From IMG/VR virus record IMGVR_UViG_3300028833_000098, positions 45,745 through 109,744 of that record: 64,000 nt of DNA, one strand, 5' to 3'. Positions 30,417 to 42,154 of this stretch are shown here, piece after piece. The position numbers and the translations under genes are program-made. The stretch is from a virus (Duplodnaviria; Caudoviricetes). Below the pieces are notes generated by a model that saw nothing but the letters and a program-made list of their open reading frames with translations, was not told where the DNA came from and did no database searches. The stretch's first letter is position 1, and each line of letters begins with the position of its first letter.

Positions 30417-33400
30417 TTATTCTTCAGGTGGATACCATTTTTCAGCATCATTAATATATTTAAGAGTAATATTGTTGATGCCATAGATTCGTTTTGGATT
30501 GTTATATGCTTGGATTGTTGTAGTTGTTCCGGCCATTTTGTGTTGTATGAGTGAGTTTGGATCAACGAACCTATGCATATTGGCTGTATCAACCACAAAG
30601 TCGTTATTACTATTATAATGATACGTATTGGTGTAATCAGAGATAACGACTTTTCCCTTGTACGTACATAATGTTCTATATGACGTGCTGGTAAGATAAT
30701 AGCTACCTGACGTTACGTATGGCACAGTTGCTGGAATTGCGGCGGACGATATATTGACACTTGTAGGACCACGTCTTGTATCACGGATTAAGTTCAAATC
30801 CATGAATAGACAATTGTTATACGCATTAAAATAATTGGTGTTTATACAAAGAAGTCTTTGCTTATTATCGTTAAATGATAATACCGTCGCAGATACTGTA
30901 TTACCAGAATAATTACTATTGTGCGGAAGTCCACCAATTGTTCCGGTAATATTGATGATGGATGATATGTTTGAATCGTCTATGTAATATATACTACAAC
31001 TATAGCTAGTTCGATGTGAAAATATTATACATGATTGATCACCATAGATGTGGGGATTAATTAACCTATTCCATCTATACGTCGTATCACTATTTACGTC
31101 GGATCCAGGTGCGATGAATTTACACATATCAGAACTCCATCCAGGACTAAATGCTCTATTGTCAGCAGGTCTCGTTGGATCATATATCATACATTGCCAT
31201 TCACCATCCCATGACGACGTTGTAGGTCCTGTTATGAATAAATATCCCTTCCAACCAACTATGTAGTCTATATAACCCGAATTTGCATTCCATATGTTTT
31301 TTGGTAAAGTGAATCTGTCAACTACTGAACCATCATCAAGACTGAATATCGTAAACACGTAATCTGTTTCAGTTGATAATTTATAATCAATCATAACAGC
31401 ATTGTTTGTATATTTTATTGCATATACGTTAGAAGTGTTCGGTTCACTTGTCCATGGATAGTTTATTGCTTCAGCGTAAGGTTCATAATCAGGAGCTCTA
31501 CCGTTTAGATTTATGACACATGCTTTAGATGGGCTTGAGAATATAACATAACCTGTTTCTGTAGAAGTTATTCGGAAATTTGTTCCGCTGTCATATTGAA
31601 TATTGTCTGGGAACGTAGAGCTGACATCAACAATGTATTCTGTCGGAGTCAATGTTGGATCTTGTTCCAATTCACTTGCAGATGGTATATCAAATACTGA
31701 TACCTTTGATAGTTGCGGTGTAAAATAGCTACCGTTATTACTGGATCTGAATACTTGTAGTATTCTATGTCCTGTTGGTTCGGTGAATCTTAACGTTGGT
31801 ACTGGTTCTTTACAGTTTCCTATACCACCTGATGTCACTATATCAAATGACATACCCAGATCGGGATAGTATATCTTATTTGACATATATATGTATCCCA
31901 TTTCATCATTTGATAAGTGGACTCGCTTTCCACACGTACCATAAAAAGTCATCATTATTGCGTTGCCCCATGTAAAAGAGCCAGCATCACCATTGCTATA
32001 TGGATCTATATTCGATAATGTCACAGGTTGTTCGATTTGTATCGTTGGTATCGTATAACCAGAACGCGTAACCAACATTGGTGCTTTATATTCTAGATTA
32101 GCTGATGGACCAGCTGTTGGTGATATACCGGATGAACCATCATATCGTATATAATATTTCTTCGTTCCTTGAGATACTGACACGTTTTTATTATCAGGAA
32201 TATATTCCCATGATGTTGTATCCCAATATGTGTCAGTACAGAAAATAGCAGCTGTTGTATCAAAAGATGTAATAGGGTATGCCGTGTATAGATTTGCATA
32301 TATTCTGTCGAATTGTCTACCCCATTCGATACCGTCGGCAGTCTTGTATTTTCCGTACATATATATTCCACACCAAGGATACAGCTGGAACATTGTTAGG
32401 TTGGTTGTGTTGTTTCCATTCGTTAATGTTTCTTCAATATCCCAATCATGTGTTAAACCATTATATGATTTTACATATGAGACATTCATATTTGCAACAG
32501 GAAGAGTTCCTCGTGCATCAAATTTTGAGTTTTGAACATATCCAAAATTAACAGAAACATCACCGGAAGCGATACTCCTGCAATACACACAATCATGTTC
32601 TATTGATTCAGGAGAAGGTAGTTCGATTGGTTTGAATATTGCACCCTGAGAACAATAACTCATACTAGCAGATGTCGTATAGTATGAATTCAGAAATACT
32701 GCAACGAACATATCATAGTATTTATCTTTTGATTCAATAAGCGAGTTCACATCAGTGAATGCAATGCTTCGTGTTGAGATTTGATTGGTGTCATCCCATG
32801 TACCATCTAAACAAGATGCGACCTTCTTACATATGAGACTCGCTCTACTTGATGTATCATCGTCATAATAATTTATCCTATTTCCAGTACCTCCATAATT
32901 TATGTATCTCGGTGATGATATCATTCCTGAACATACTGCATTTACTTGACCTGATGCATAATGCCAATCGCCACCGTTTGATTCACCAAATCCTATACAT
33001 GCCCAAGGATTCCACATAAATGCATATCCTTTGTTCCACATTCTCGTTTCAAGTTCAGGCTTATGGAAAATGCGTACATATGCAGTGACTATGAGCTTTT
33101 CACCAGTATGTTTTGTAAATGTCGTTCGGTGACCTTCATTATCATATAACAACGCATGTGTATAAAGGTATCGGTAATCACGATATACATTACCGAGACC
33201 GATTTCGGTGATATCGAGATCGCCAGATATACCCGATAAAACATAATCAAAATAACCTTCGTATACTTTACAATTGGCCCATAGAACCCCATTATCAGGA
33301 TCCCAATTAACCGTAGAGCCATCAATACGAGTCATATCAGAAAGTGTAAATGTTGCCATACCGGTGTATGTTTGTGCCCTCATGCCAGTATCTGTTGTTG

Positions 33401-33677
33401 ATACATCTTCTGAATCGGCGTATACACCATTTCCAATGATGCACATATTTATGTGCTGATAGTTAGGTATTGAAGATCCTGTTGAAAATCTTGCACGAAA
33501 ATACTCTTTTAGAGTAACATTCAATGCAAAAGCTTCGCCAGTTACATTACCATCTTTATCAACAGTCTTCAAGAAATAGACATTGTGATTGTCTATTCGT
33601 TTAGTATCACCATGAACACTTTTCCACTTTCTGTAGAATTCATTTAACTCATCCGGACACATGTAATTCATTGTCAC
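30417..33677 (-). CDS. Tail appendage / receptor-binding protein, paralog A
   Basis: 1086 aa; beta-rich; shares N- and C-terminal motifs with 34234..36975. Confidence 0.55.
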   Translation of the reverse strand: MTMNYMCPDELNEFYRKWKSVHGDTKRIDNHNVYFLKTVDKDGNVTGEAFALNVTLKEYFRARFSTGSSIPNYQHINMCIIGNGVYADSEDVSTTDTGMRAQTYTGMATFTLSDMTRIDGSTVNWDPDNGVLWANCKVYEGYFDYVLSGISGDLDITEIGLGNVYRDYRYLYTHALLYDNEGHRTTFTKHTGEKLIVTAYVRIFHKPELETRMWNKGYAFMWNPWACIGFGESNGGDWHYASGQVNAVCSGMISSPRYINYGGTGNRINYYDDDTSSRASLICKKVASCLDGTWDDTNQISTRSIAFTDVNSLIESKDKYYDMFVAVFLNSYYTTSASMSYCSQGAIFKPIELPSPESIEHDCVYCRSIASGDVSVNFGYVQNSKFDARGTLPVANMNVSYVKSYNGLTHDWDIEETLTNGNNTTNLTMFQLYPWCGIYMYGKYKTADGIEWGRQFDRIYANLYTAYPITSFDTTAAIFCTDTYWDTTSWEYIPDNKNVSVSQGTKKYYIRYDGSSGISPTAGPSANLEYKAPMLVTRSGYTIPTIQIEQPVTLSNIDPYSNGDAGSFTWGNAIMMTFYGTCGKRVHLSNDEMGYIYMSNKIYYPDLGMSFDIVTSGGIGNCKEPVPTLRFTEPTGHRILQVFRSSNNGSYFTPQLSKVSVFDIPSASELEQDPTLTPTEYIVDVSSTFPDNIQYDSGTNFRITSTETGYVIFSSPSKACVINLNGRAPDYEPYAEAINYPWTSEPNTSNVYAIKYTNNAVMIDYKLSTETDYVFTIFSLDDGSVVDRFTLPKNIWNANSGYIDYIVGWKGYLFITGPTTSSWDGEWQCMIYDPTRPADNRAFSPGWSSDMCKFIAPGSDVNSDTTYRWNRLINPHIYGDQSCIIFSHRTSYSCSIYYIDDSNISSIINITGTIGGLPHNSNYSGNTVSATVLSFNDNKQRLLCINTNYFNAYNNCLFMDLNLIRDTRRGPTSVNISSAAIPATVPYVTSGSYYLTSTSYRTLCTYKGKVVISDYTNTYHYNSNNDFVVDTANMHRFVDPNSLIQHKMAGTTTTIQAYNNPKRIYGINNITLKYINDAEKWYPPEE

Positions 33678-33686
33678 ATACCTCCT

Positions 33687-34229
33687 TTATATATTCATAA
33701 TTGTTGCTGCCCCAGCAGATAATTCCACTATACGCAATGTTGATTCAGGTTGACTTCCACCAACAATTGCCGATTTATATGATATCTCAAAATCTGAATC
33801 TATGGTAAAATCATACAAGTGCTGACCAGCTTTATCGACTTGGGGAGTAAGTTGTTCTGTGGTATAAGATTCTATATTGAACGTTGGATCCATATAAATG
33901 TCGTATAGATGATGTGTGGTATGATCAGTCTGTGGTGTCATATTAGCAGTAGTATAATTATCAATCCTGAATGTAGAATCAACGGATACATCATATAGAT
34001 GATGGGTTGTCTTAATATCCGTTGTAGTAACATATCTTTCAACCCAGTCTTCAACCGTTGATTTGTTGGTGGTGATGCTTAAAAGATTGAGAGATGGGTC
34101 TGTGTATATCGGCGGTTTGTATTCGCCTGTTACATAAACTCCTCTAACAGGTACCAAAGATGAATTACCTGAAGTATCACGTGGCAGTTTATGATATATT
34201 TCCTTTGCATTCGATATTGTTCCTGACAT
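33687..34229 (-). CDS. Tail-associated protein with three 30-aa repeats
   Basis: HLYD repeated with a period of 30 aa. Confidence 0.55.
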   Translation of the reverse strand: MSGTISNAKEIYHKLPRDTSGNSSLVPVRGVYVTGEYKPPIYTDPSLNLLSITTNKSTVEDWVERYVTTTDIKTTHHLYDVSVDSTFRIDNYTTANMTPQTDHTTHHLYDIYMDPTFNIESYTTEQLTPQVDKAGQHLYDFTIDSDFEISYKSAIVGGSQPESTLRIVELSAGAATIMNI

Positions 34230-34233
34230 ATCA

Positions 34234-36975
34234 TCAACTCCAACCTATGATTTGTCCATTTGCGTTTAATATGGGTGCTGGATGTCCGGGTGGTTTTCCA
34301 TTGTTTATATCATATCCCCATAACGGATTATTTGTAAAACTTACATTGAATGCTTTATTGGATATGCTCTTTGTATGATTGAATGTTGTGATTGTTTTTG
34401 TTTTACCTTTGACAGTTATAGGTATACTATTAACTGCCGGGAAAAGATATTGCCCATTACTATAAAACAAATATTCACCGTACAAATACATTCCAAGACC
34501 TGCTGTGATAGATGCATTAATAAACCTTTTGTAGACTGTATTGGTTCTAATGTATCTACCGAGATCACATATATACATTGCACCATATTGCCTATAATAA
34601 AGACCAGCCATATTTATTACAGCAACCAGTGTGTGACCATTGAGATACTTTATTTCACAATTGAATATTCCCAAATCTATAATACTTGGATTTGAATCGA
34701 ACGGTGACATGTTTCGAATATTTGTAGGGTTGTCATGTGTGATATAAAATACATGTGACATGGTTTTATCATTCGATCTTGAGTCATAAACCATGATAAC
34801 ATCGTTCACATATGATGCTTTTATCCTGTATGAATCTGCTAGGCTTGTAATATACATCGAATTACATGAATCCAATGTATATGATGAATTTGATATATCA
34901 ACATGATATGCAGCAGTATTACCATCATAAAACCATAGATGATCAGCATTGCCGAACATTGCGGCAACCGTGTATCCCGATGGAAGAGTGATAGTTCCTA
35001 TATCAGCTGCATATGTTGTGTCATATAAGTGAATAGTGGATCTATCCGTTGCAGTAATATAAGCTATCTTTGTTGTACCATGTAAACAACATGCACGTAC
35101 CCATGGATGTGTCTCAACCGATATTGTTGAGTCAGTTACTTTCATTATTACCGTTTCCTTAACGGACGTATTCAATGATTGGAATGTAAACAAACCATTT
35201 CCATTGGTTGATCTATATATTTGATTATATGAATTTACATTACCGGAGAAACCGAGAGACTTTTTAACCGATAAAACTGATATATCAGGAGTATTATCAT
35301 TAAGACCACTGACATCTATAGTATATATAGTGCCATCGTTTGAAGTGTCGAACAAGAATAACCATTTTCCATATGACATCAAATCGATATCGTAGAAAGA
35401 TGTATCAGAAGGTATGTTATATGATCTTTGTCTATTAAGAGCACATATCTGTCGTCCTACCGTTATACAGTTATAACCCGTATTAGTAGCGCTTTGATAT
35501 ATGCTACCTTTGTTGAGGTTGAATACCGATGCAGGGAATGTTTGATATCCATTCGTACCACCAGGAGAATCGAGTAATACAAATGGTGTAGTTGAACGAG
35601 TTGGGATGATACTTAATGCATTTGATGAAGAAATCCAATAACGACAATTTCTTGCTTCAACCGGGATGTTATTGAAATTGGTTATTGTTATCCACGTATC
35701 CTGGTCCCAATACTTATCACAAGCAATCAACATTTCATGACCTTGATTAACACTCAATATTGGATTTGTTGTATCAATGTTTTGATACAAATATGCAGTC
35801 TGTATTTGTCCATTTGACCAGTAGTACATCGTTTTGTAATAACCCGTCTCCAATCCGACATTCGTATATGACATATTGTCATCGTTTGAAAATGGACAAG
35901 GATTATCCCATTCGCCTGTATGATAATTGAAGGTGTAAACCTCCAGATCAGTCATCGATGAGAATGGCGGATATTGATTTGCATTATATGTGCTTGCATC
36001 AGTTATGTTTTTACCGATCTTATCAGAGAATCCAGATGATTTTGTCATATCATCTGATGTGAAAGCCGTTAATACAAAAGACTCTGGTTGAGACAATGTT
36101 TCGGGAGATATAATTGAAATACTAAGTGAATCATAAATGAAACCATCAATGTATCCATGTTCAGAACCTTCTTGATTCCATAATGTGAATGAACCACTCG
36201 TTGTTGTATTAACGATATTAGTACCTGATGTATCATCCCATGTATGTTGAACACCGGTATTACGAACAACACGAACATTTCCTCGTTTATATGTCATGAG
36301 ATTTGTTTCGAACATTCGATTGAACATTATTGCCGGTGTGGTTATTATTGGAAAAACGTTATTACTCCAAGAATTCATTATGACATGTTCATATAATGAT
36401 AAGCACATATAAATGTATATCGTGAGTTTCTCATTTTTCTTTTTGGTTATTTGAGACATTTCTCCACGATCGTTATATATGTGAGAATGTGTCCATAAAC
36501 TGTTATGGTTGGTACCTATACCATATTCGGTTATTAGTGTATCGGTGTCATAGTTTGAAATATTGGTAGGATATGACACCTTACCAAAACTTGATACAAG
36601 TGTGATGATTCCCGTATCAGCTTGTAGACCTTTTGAATATATAATCGGAAATTGATAATCCTTGGTTGTTGTTTCGTTGGTGGCCGCAAGGCCACCAAAC
36701 AATGGTGTTTCAATATACGATGTCGTTTTATCAAATTGAGAAACACCGCTTCCAACGTAAAGATGAACTGTATCGGATAATTCAAAAGAACTTCCGGATT
36801 TATATATTGCATTAAAACCTGTATTTGTCATCAGATTCATTCCATATTTAACATCAGTAACATTACCATGTTCATCTGTTGATTCGAAAATGTAGATATT
36901 TGAAATACCATGATTTTTTGATTTCATTGTATTTGCAAATTTCTGAATCATTTCGAATTGTTTGTTTTTATCCAT
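34234..36975 (-). CDS. Tail appendage / receptor-binding protein, paralog B
   Basis: About 913 aa from ATG 36975; paralog of 30417..33677. Confidence 0.55.
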   Translation of the reverse strand: MDKNKQFEMIQKFANTMKSKNHGISNIYIFESTDEHGNVTDVKYGMNLMTNTGFNAIYKSGSSFELSDTVHLYVGSGVSQFDKTTSYIETPLFGGLAATNETTTKDYQFPIIYSKGLQADTGIITLVSSFGKVSYPTNISNYDTDTLITEYGIGTNHNSLWTHSHIYNDRGEMSQITKKKNEKLTIYIYMCLSLYEHVIMNSWSNNVFPIITTPAIMFNRMFETNLMTYKRGNVRVVRNTGVQHTWDDTSGTNIVNTTTSGSFTLWNQEGSEHGYIDGFIYDSLSISIISPETLSQPESFVLTAFTSDDMTKSSGFSDKIGKNITDASTYNANQYPPFSSMTDLEVYTFNYHTGEWDNPCPFSNDDNMSYTNVGLETGYYKTMYYWSNGQIQTAYLYQNIDTTNPILSVNQGHEMLIACDKYWDQDTWITITNFNNIPVEARNCRYWISSSNALSIIPTRSTTPFVLLDSPGGTNGYQTFPASVFNLNKGSIYQSATNTGYNCITVGRQICALNRQRSYNIPSDTSFYDIDLMSYGKWLFLFDTSNDGTIYTIDVSGLNDNTPDISVLSVKKSLGFSGNVNSYNQIYRSTNGNGLFTFQSLNTSVKETVIMKVTDSTISVETHPWVRACCLHGTTKIAYITATDRSTIHLYDTTYAADIGTITLPSGYTVAAMFGNADHLWFYDGNTAAYHVDISNSSYTLDSCNSMYITSLADSYRIKASYVNDVIMVYDSRSNDKTMSHVFYITHDNPTNIRNMSPFDSNPSIIDLGIFNCEIKYLNGHTLVAVINMAGLYYRQYGAMYICDLGRYIRTNTVYKRFINASITAGLGMYLYGEYLFYSNGQYLFPAVNSIPITVKGKTKTITTFNHTKSISNKAFNVSFTNNPLWGYDINNGKPPGHPAPILNANGQIIGWS

Positions 36976-39900
36976 TATTATCATCTTCCTCCTCTCCAGT
37001 TGTTGTGATTTCATATGATATAATCTGTTTATATTCAGAATTCTTTATGAAATCTTCCGATTGATATATATGATTTGATTCATCAATGTTCATCAATTGT
37101 TTTTCAATATATCCAGTATTAAAATGAATACCTATATTGTCAATTGTTATAAATCGATCATCATACACATATGATCCAGGATGGGTGTCATTAGTTTGTA
37201 TCATTAACACGTTACTTTTTTGACCAACTTTATACTTTGTATAGTTATTAAAGTTAGCGACATATAGCTTGAGATTTCCTATAAAGAAGAAACCTTTAAA
37301 GCTTGCAGGACGATACCATGATCTATTATCCATTGCGCCAGTGTTGAATGGCAACGCGGTTGATATCCATTGTTTCACTTTCATATTGTATATGTATAGT
37401 GTGGATACATTCCCGGATATTGTTACATAGATCAGACCGTTCGACACTGATATTGTCTTTGGCTGATATGATGTATAAGGTGTCAGTATGTGTTCATCGG
37501 GAGTTCTTACATCATGATCGGGATTATCGGAAATTATATACAGATGACCAGTCTGTGTTAGATAAAACTTTCCATCATCATAACATATACATTTTGTACC
37601 AGGTTCATATGCATCCCATGGTGATCCAGGAAATGATATACGTGTAAGAGATGTTTTATCATATACTCGTGGACCAACACATTCATCCGATTCCCAAAAT
37701 GTCAAAACAGTATATTTACCAACACACATCTCATTTCGTCGTCCACCGTTTGTATCAGTATCAGGCACAAATGTAAATGATGTTGTGAGTGTATTAAATC
37801 TTACAAAACCATACTGAGTCAACAATAGTATCATTGTCGGTGAAACCCATTCCATTTTTCCATACGCATTAACATTGTAATTTGTATCAGAAGCTGGAGT
37901 ATTGTATGCAGTATATGGCTTTGAAGGATCTATGGGTACACGAAGAATTCTGATGAGATACTCTCTATTTAGCATACATGAATTGGTTAAATAGATATAC
38001 TCATCATCAACGAGAATGCTACCACCTGTGCATGCAGTATTTGATTGATCAAGAACTGTAACAGGTATATTATCTCTGACGATATATGATTTATTTTCAA
38101 TTATATTGAATCTTGTGATTCTAATGACAGAGTTGTTTAACAATGATGCAGTATAGATGTTACGTTTGTATTCACATGATGAAGAATTCATTACCGATGT
38201 TATTGCGGTTACTCCATCCGGCATAAAACTTCCTATATGGGTCTTATATCTATTTGGAACAATATCTCCTGTTCCAACACGTAACAAATCCAATTTGTCT
38301 ATCGTCTTTTCAGGTTTTGTTGGATAATAGTATGATGTTGGTTTGGCCCTTGTTTTGAATTGTACTATGTAAACCGTTGTATCGGAAGATGGAACATCTG
38401 ACATATCAAATGATAAATCCATGTTCAATCTTCTATTTTCGGCAATACCTGTGATTGTATATTCGAGGTTTATATCAACATTATCATCACAATCAGCATC
38501 ATATAGATCATCCAATATTTCCAAGGTAGAATACTCGGTAAACTGAACATGTTGTTTTGTTGGTATAACCACACCTCTTATTTTATCAACATCAGTATTG
38601 AATCTATCATACACGTAGAATCTGTGTACATCCATCAATCCTTCATCGGATACAATTGATCCACTACTAACGCCATATTCATTAAATACTTCCGGCGTTA
38701 ATTCGGAAATCGCGATTGATTCCCAAGTATTTGTATCTGTGTTATATGATTTATACGAATATTCATCCTGTGCTATGACATATACAGCCGAAACACTCTC
38801 AGCGGTTATTTCAATACATGTCATATTACGAACTGGATTACCGCCAGTAATTAACTGAGTATCTGTCAACCAATATTGAGAATCGGGAATATAACCTGTC
38901 GGTTTAAATGATGATTCTGTTAATACATATCCAGATCCACCAGATCCACCTTTATCATCATCACCAGAACCATCAACTTCGGTACCATTACCGCCGAACC
39001 AACCATTGCCGCCAGAACCTCCATAACCGCCATTGTAGTAAGTGCCAACACCATTAAATCCGAAGCCTCCACCTGCAGTCGATTGAGCAGGAGTTCCTGT
39101 TTGGGTTCCGGGACCATTATTCGTACCATAACCGCCGTTTCTAAATGATGTTCCTGCGAGACCGCCACCATTTCCTCCCAACAGATCATTCGCACCTTGG
39201 CCACCGCCTCCACCGGCAACTATAATTCTTGATAATGCTGATTCTTGTTCGTCTTCATACTCTGTTTTCTCAACAACATCACCACAAACAAATGGATCAC
39301 CTGCTGGTGATGTATATGCTATACCATTAATGATGTCATATAATCCGGACACCTGTTCTTCAGCATCTGGTTTTGATTTAAATGGGACATAATATCTTTT
39401 AAGCACATTATTCTCATATATCTTGAATGAATATATTTTTGCATATGCTCGTGCATCTGGTCCAACATCTCTATCATTATAAGCGAATAAATATGTATTC
39501 AGTGGCGAAGTAAATGAATTATCTCCTACATTTATAGATCCAACTTGTGTACCATTCATATCATACCATGTGAATGTATTTTTAGCTGTTGCTACAATAC
39601 GAATCTTTGTATCAAACGGCATGGCACTTCCATAATTATATGAACTGCCTGCACCAACAACCGTTTGATTAGTGCCATTATCTCTGTACAGGACCATGAA
39701 CATGTCTGTTGATGAAGAATTTCTTTGACCAAATAGAACCATGTATCTCGGTGTTGATGGTACTGATTCAGGATTCTTCAATGAAGTAATAATTTCATAC
39801 TTCGATGTGTTAGAATTAAAAATATGATTCAAATTGATATATTGTGTACGGTTTGATTCAATATATTCAATCTGATCATATTCATCAGGAATCTTACGTT

Positions 39901-42115
39901 TTTGAACAGTTAGACGAATATCTGTAGCACCACCACCAGCGGTTGCACCATATAGATGATTGGCATAACTACCCATTTTAACATTGAACCACATTCTGTT
40001 GTTGAATATAGAATCATGTGTAGCGGAACCAGATCCCAAGCCAACAAGATATGATGATGAACCAACACGGCAATCCAAATCTGTTACATTCTTCAGATTC
40101 ATGACTCCTTCAGCATAGCCACCTTTACCTGTATGGGATGCATGCCAACGTACACCACCATCACCACCATAACATTTGATGCGGTATGTTCCTGGAAGTA
40201 ATGAGATTTTTTGTTTTTCACCAGTGTATGGTACATGCAATATGTTACCAGTGAATATATTGTCAACTTTTTCATACACTGTGATTGACGGACCGTTGAA
40301 TGCTTGGCATGGTAACATCATGAAATCTCGGAAGTATAATGAAGGTATCAGATCCTCAACGCCATACATATAATCGTCCGGTTTATAGGATGATTCTGTC
40401 AATACATATGAAGTTCCACCTGAACCGTTTGAAGCAGTGTAGCTGTTGGAGGATTGTTGTAAACCTCTTAAAGCATATCCGCCATACCAGCCTCCGCCAC
40501 CACCGGATTGACCTTCCATTCCAAATGCTGTATTCCAAATATATGTCCTATCTTGTGCATTAGCACCTATACCGAATGAAGCACCTGATGTTTGATTTGC
40601 ACGAGTGTATGCCCAGTTGGTTGATGTTGCACTACTACCAGCAACGACCCATCCACTCTCAGGTCCGCCACCGAATGACAAGAAGTCTTGATATGAATTA
40701 TTGTTGGTTTGACATCCTGTTCCTCCTCCGCCGCCAGCAACAAATATTCGCGAATACAAACCGGAATCAATTCTCCTTATCACTGAAGGACCAATCGTGA
40801 AGTTATTACCGGCATCTTTGGTATATACCTTTCCTTCAACGGCATCATATAAGCCAGATGGATCAGCAGTCAGGTATTTATTGAGTGAGAAACTAGTAAC
40901 TGCCGCTGGAGTAAAGTTTGTATCATTGGAATAGCGCAAAACAATTCTAACGAACTTTGTATTCGCATTTAACGTTGATATCGTTCCACCAGGTTGCCAG
41001 GGACCATCAACAATACATGTCTTATTTTCATCATATTCCATTATTGATACCTGGAGATCATTTGATAATCCAGACATGCATGGATAAGAAGTGTCCACAT
41101 CGATGTATCCTACTGAACGGACTCTTGACGAACTATAATTATCTCCAGTTGTATATATAGTACCCTGTTCAAAAACAATGTCGGATGTATCCATTGCAAC
41201 GCCACCTGCGTTCTTAAAAGGAACTAGGTCTCGTACCAGGACATCATCATTATTCATTATTTTGAATGAATATATTTTCGCAATTGTTTTACTATTATCG
41301 GGGTTGCCGTTATGATTAAGATCAAATAGTAATAACGGATATGCACCATCAACCTGTGTTGCGGGGTTTGTATATGTTAATATTTCAACATCATTCATAT
41401 CATACATGGTGACATTGTTTTTATTAACTACAATTTTTACCTTTTGATCATATGTCATAGCAGGACCGCGTGATTGTGAGTCATTCAATGATGCAACTGC
41501 GAAATTTATCCTATCGCCTTCAAATCTTGTGAATAATACAAGCTGAGGAAAACGTGATCCGAATAATGCTTGATAACTGCGTCCGCCATTATTTGATACA
41601 CTACAAACACATTCTATTTTTGTATCTGATTTATGAATGAAATTTGTATTGATATACTGAGTACCATCAGATTGAATGTATTCAACCTCTTCAATTCCTT
41701 CGGGTAGCGTATGAGTCTTTTTGTCGTCAATTACAATGATACCATCATTTCGAATACGTATATCGGATGCACCACCGCCGCCAGCTCCATTCTGATAGTC
41801 TCTGGTTGCAGCTAAACCACCATTTCCACCACCGTTGAATCCTCCTTTTGGACGTTCATTGGTGTTTGATGTATTTTCACCATTTCCTCCCACGGCAGCA
41901 TAGAAAGTTTGCTCATGATCCAGGTCAAGTATTCCATATGTCGTACCACCCCATGATTTAAATGCATTTGATGTACTATCTCCACCTTTTGCACCATTTG
42001 CAACGAACAGATATGTTCCTGGTGCAAGAGAGAATTCTTCTACTTCACCTGTGTATTCAAATGATTTACGAGGTTTCCATATAATATCTTTATATAAGAT
42101 AAAATCTGTATCCAT
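36968..42115 (-). CDS. Receptor-binding protein with two glycine-rich domains and inserted lectin-like (LamG/ConA-like) domains
   Basis: Two copies of YTG..L.PGTY..GG / GGGASDIR / RIxVAGGGG / GSGG.YV; two EYIxSxxTQYIN...AKIYSFKI...GLYD modules. Confidence 0.7.
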   Translation of the reverse strand: MDTDFILYKDIIWKPRKSFEYTGEVEEFSLAPGTYLFVANGAKGGDSTSNAFKSWGGTTYGILDLDHEQTFYAAVGGNGENTSNTNERPKGGFNGGGNGGLAATRDYQNGAGGGGASDIRIRNDGIIVIDDKKTHTLPEGIEEVEYIQSDGTQYINTNFIHKSDTKIECVCSVSNNGGRSYQALFGSRFPQLVLFTRFEGDRINFAVASLNDSQSRGPAMTYDQKVKIVVNKNNVTMYDMNDVEILTYTNPATQVDGAYPLLLFDLNHNGNPDNSKTIAKIYSFKIMNNDDVLVRDLVPFKNAGGVAMDTSDIVFEQGTIYTTGDNYSSSRVRSVGYIDVDTSYPCMSGLSNDLQVSIMEYDENKTCIVDGPWQPGGTISTLNANTKFVRIVLRYSNDTNFTPAAVTSFSLNKYLTADPSGLYDAVEGKVYTKDAGNNFTIGPSVIRRIDSGLYSRIFVAGGGGGTGCQTNNNSYQDFLSFGGGPESGWVVAGSSATSTNWAYTRANQTSGASFGIGANAQDRTYIWNTAFGMEGQSGGGGGWYGGYALRGLQQSSNSYTASNGSGGTSYVLTESSYKPDDYMYGVEDLIPSLYFRDFMMLPCQAFNGPSITVYEKVDNIFTGNILHVPYTGEKQKISLLPGTYRIKCYGGDGGVRWHASHTGKGGYAEGVMNLKNVTDLDCRVGSSSYLVGLGSGSATHDSIFNNRMWFNVKMGSYANHLYGATAGGGATDIRLTVQKRKIPDEYDQIEYIESNRTQYINLNHIFNSNTSKYEIITSLKNPESVPSTPRYMVLFGQRNSSSTDMFMVLYRDNGTNQTVVGAGSSYNYGSAMPFDTKIRIVATAKNTFTWYDMNGTQVGSINVGDNSFTSPLNTYLFAYNDRDVGPDARAYAKIYSFKIYENNVLKRYYVPFKSKPDAEEQVSGLYDIINGIAYTSPAGDPFVCGDVVEKTEYEDEQESALSRIIVAGGGGGQGANDLLGGNGGGLAGTSFRNGGYGTNNGPGTQTGTPAQSTAGGGFGFNGVGTYYNGGYGGSGGNGWFGGNGTEVDGSGDDDKGGSGGSGYVLTESSFKPTGYIPDSQYWLTDTQLITGGNPVRNMTCIEITAESVSAVYVIAQDEYSYKSYNTDTNTWESIAISELTPEVFNEYGVSSGSIVSDEGLMDVHRFYVYDRFNTDVDKIRGVVIPTKQHVQFTEYSTLEILDDLYDADCDDNVDINLEYTITGIAENRRLNMDLSFDMSDVPSSDTTVYIVQFKTRAKPTSYYYPTKPEKTIDKLDLLRVGTGDIVPNRYKTHIGSFMPDGVTAITSVMNSSSCEYKRNIYTASLLNNSVIRITRFNIIENKSYIVRDNIPVTVLDQSNTACTGGSILVDDEYIYLTNSCMLNREYLIRILRVPIDPSKPYTAYNTPASDTNYNVNAYGKMEWVSPTMILLLTQYGFVRFNTLTTSFTFVPDTDTNGGRRNEMCVGKYTVLTFWESDECVGPRVYDKTSLTRISFPGSPWDAYEPGTKCICYDDGKFYLTQTGHLYIISDNPDHDVRTPDEHILTPYTSYQPKTISVSNGLIYVTISGNVSTLYIYNMKVKQWISTALPFNTGAMDNRSWYRPASFKGFFFIGNLKLYVANFNNYTKYKVGQKSNVLMIQTNDTHPGSYVYDDRFITIDNIGIHFNTGYIEKQLMNIDESNHIYQSEDFIKNSEYKQIISYEITTTGEEEDDNNG

Positions 42116-42154
42116 ATTATTTCACCACCCTTATTCATTTAATTATAAAAAAAA

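Noticed and set aside
22357-42115. Diversity-generating retroelement acting on fibre genes
   Set aside because: No reverse transcriptase and no adenine-specific TR/VR pair noticed; the paralogs are too diverged. One elsewhere in the genome cannot be excluded
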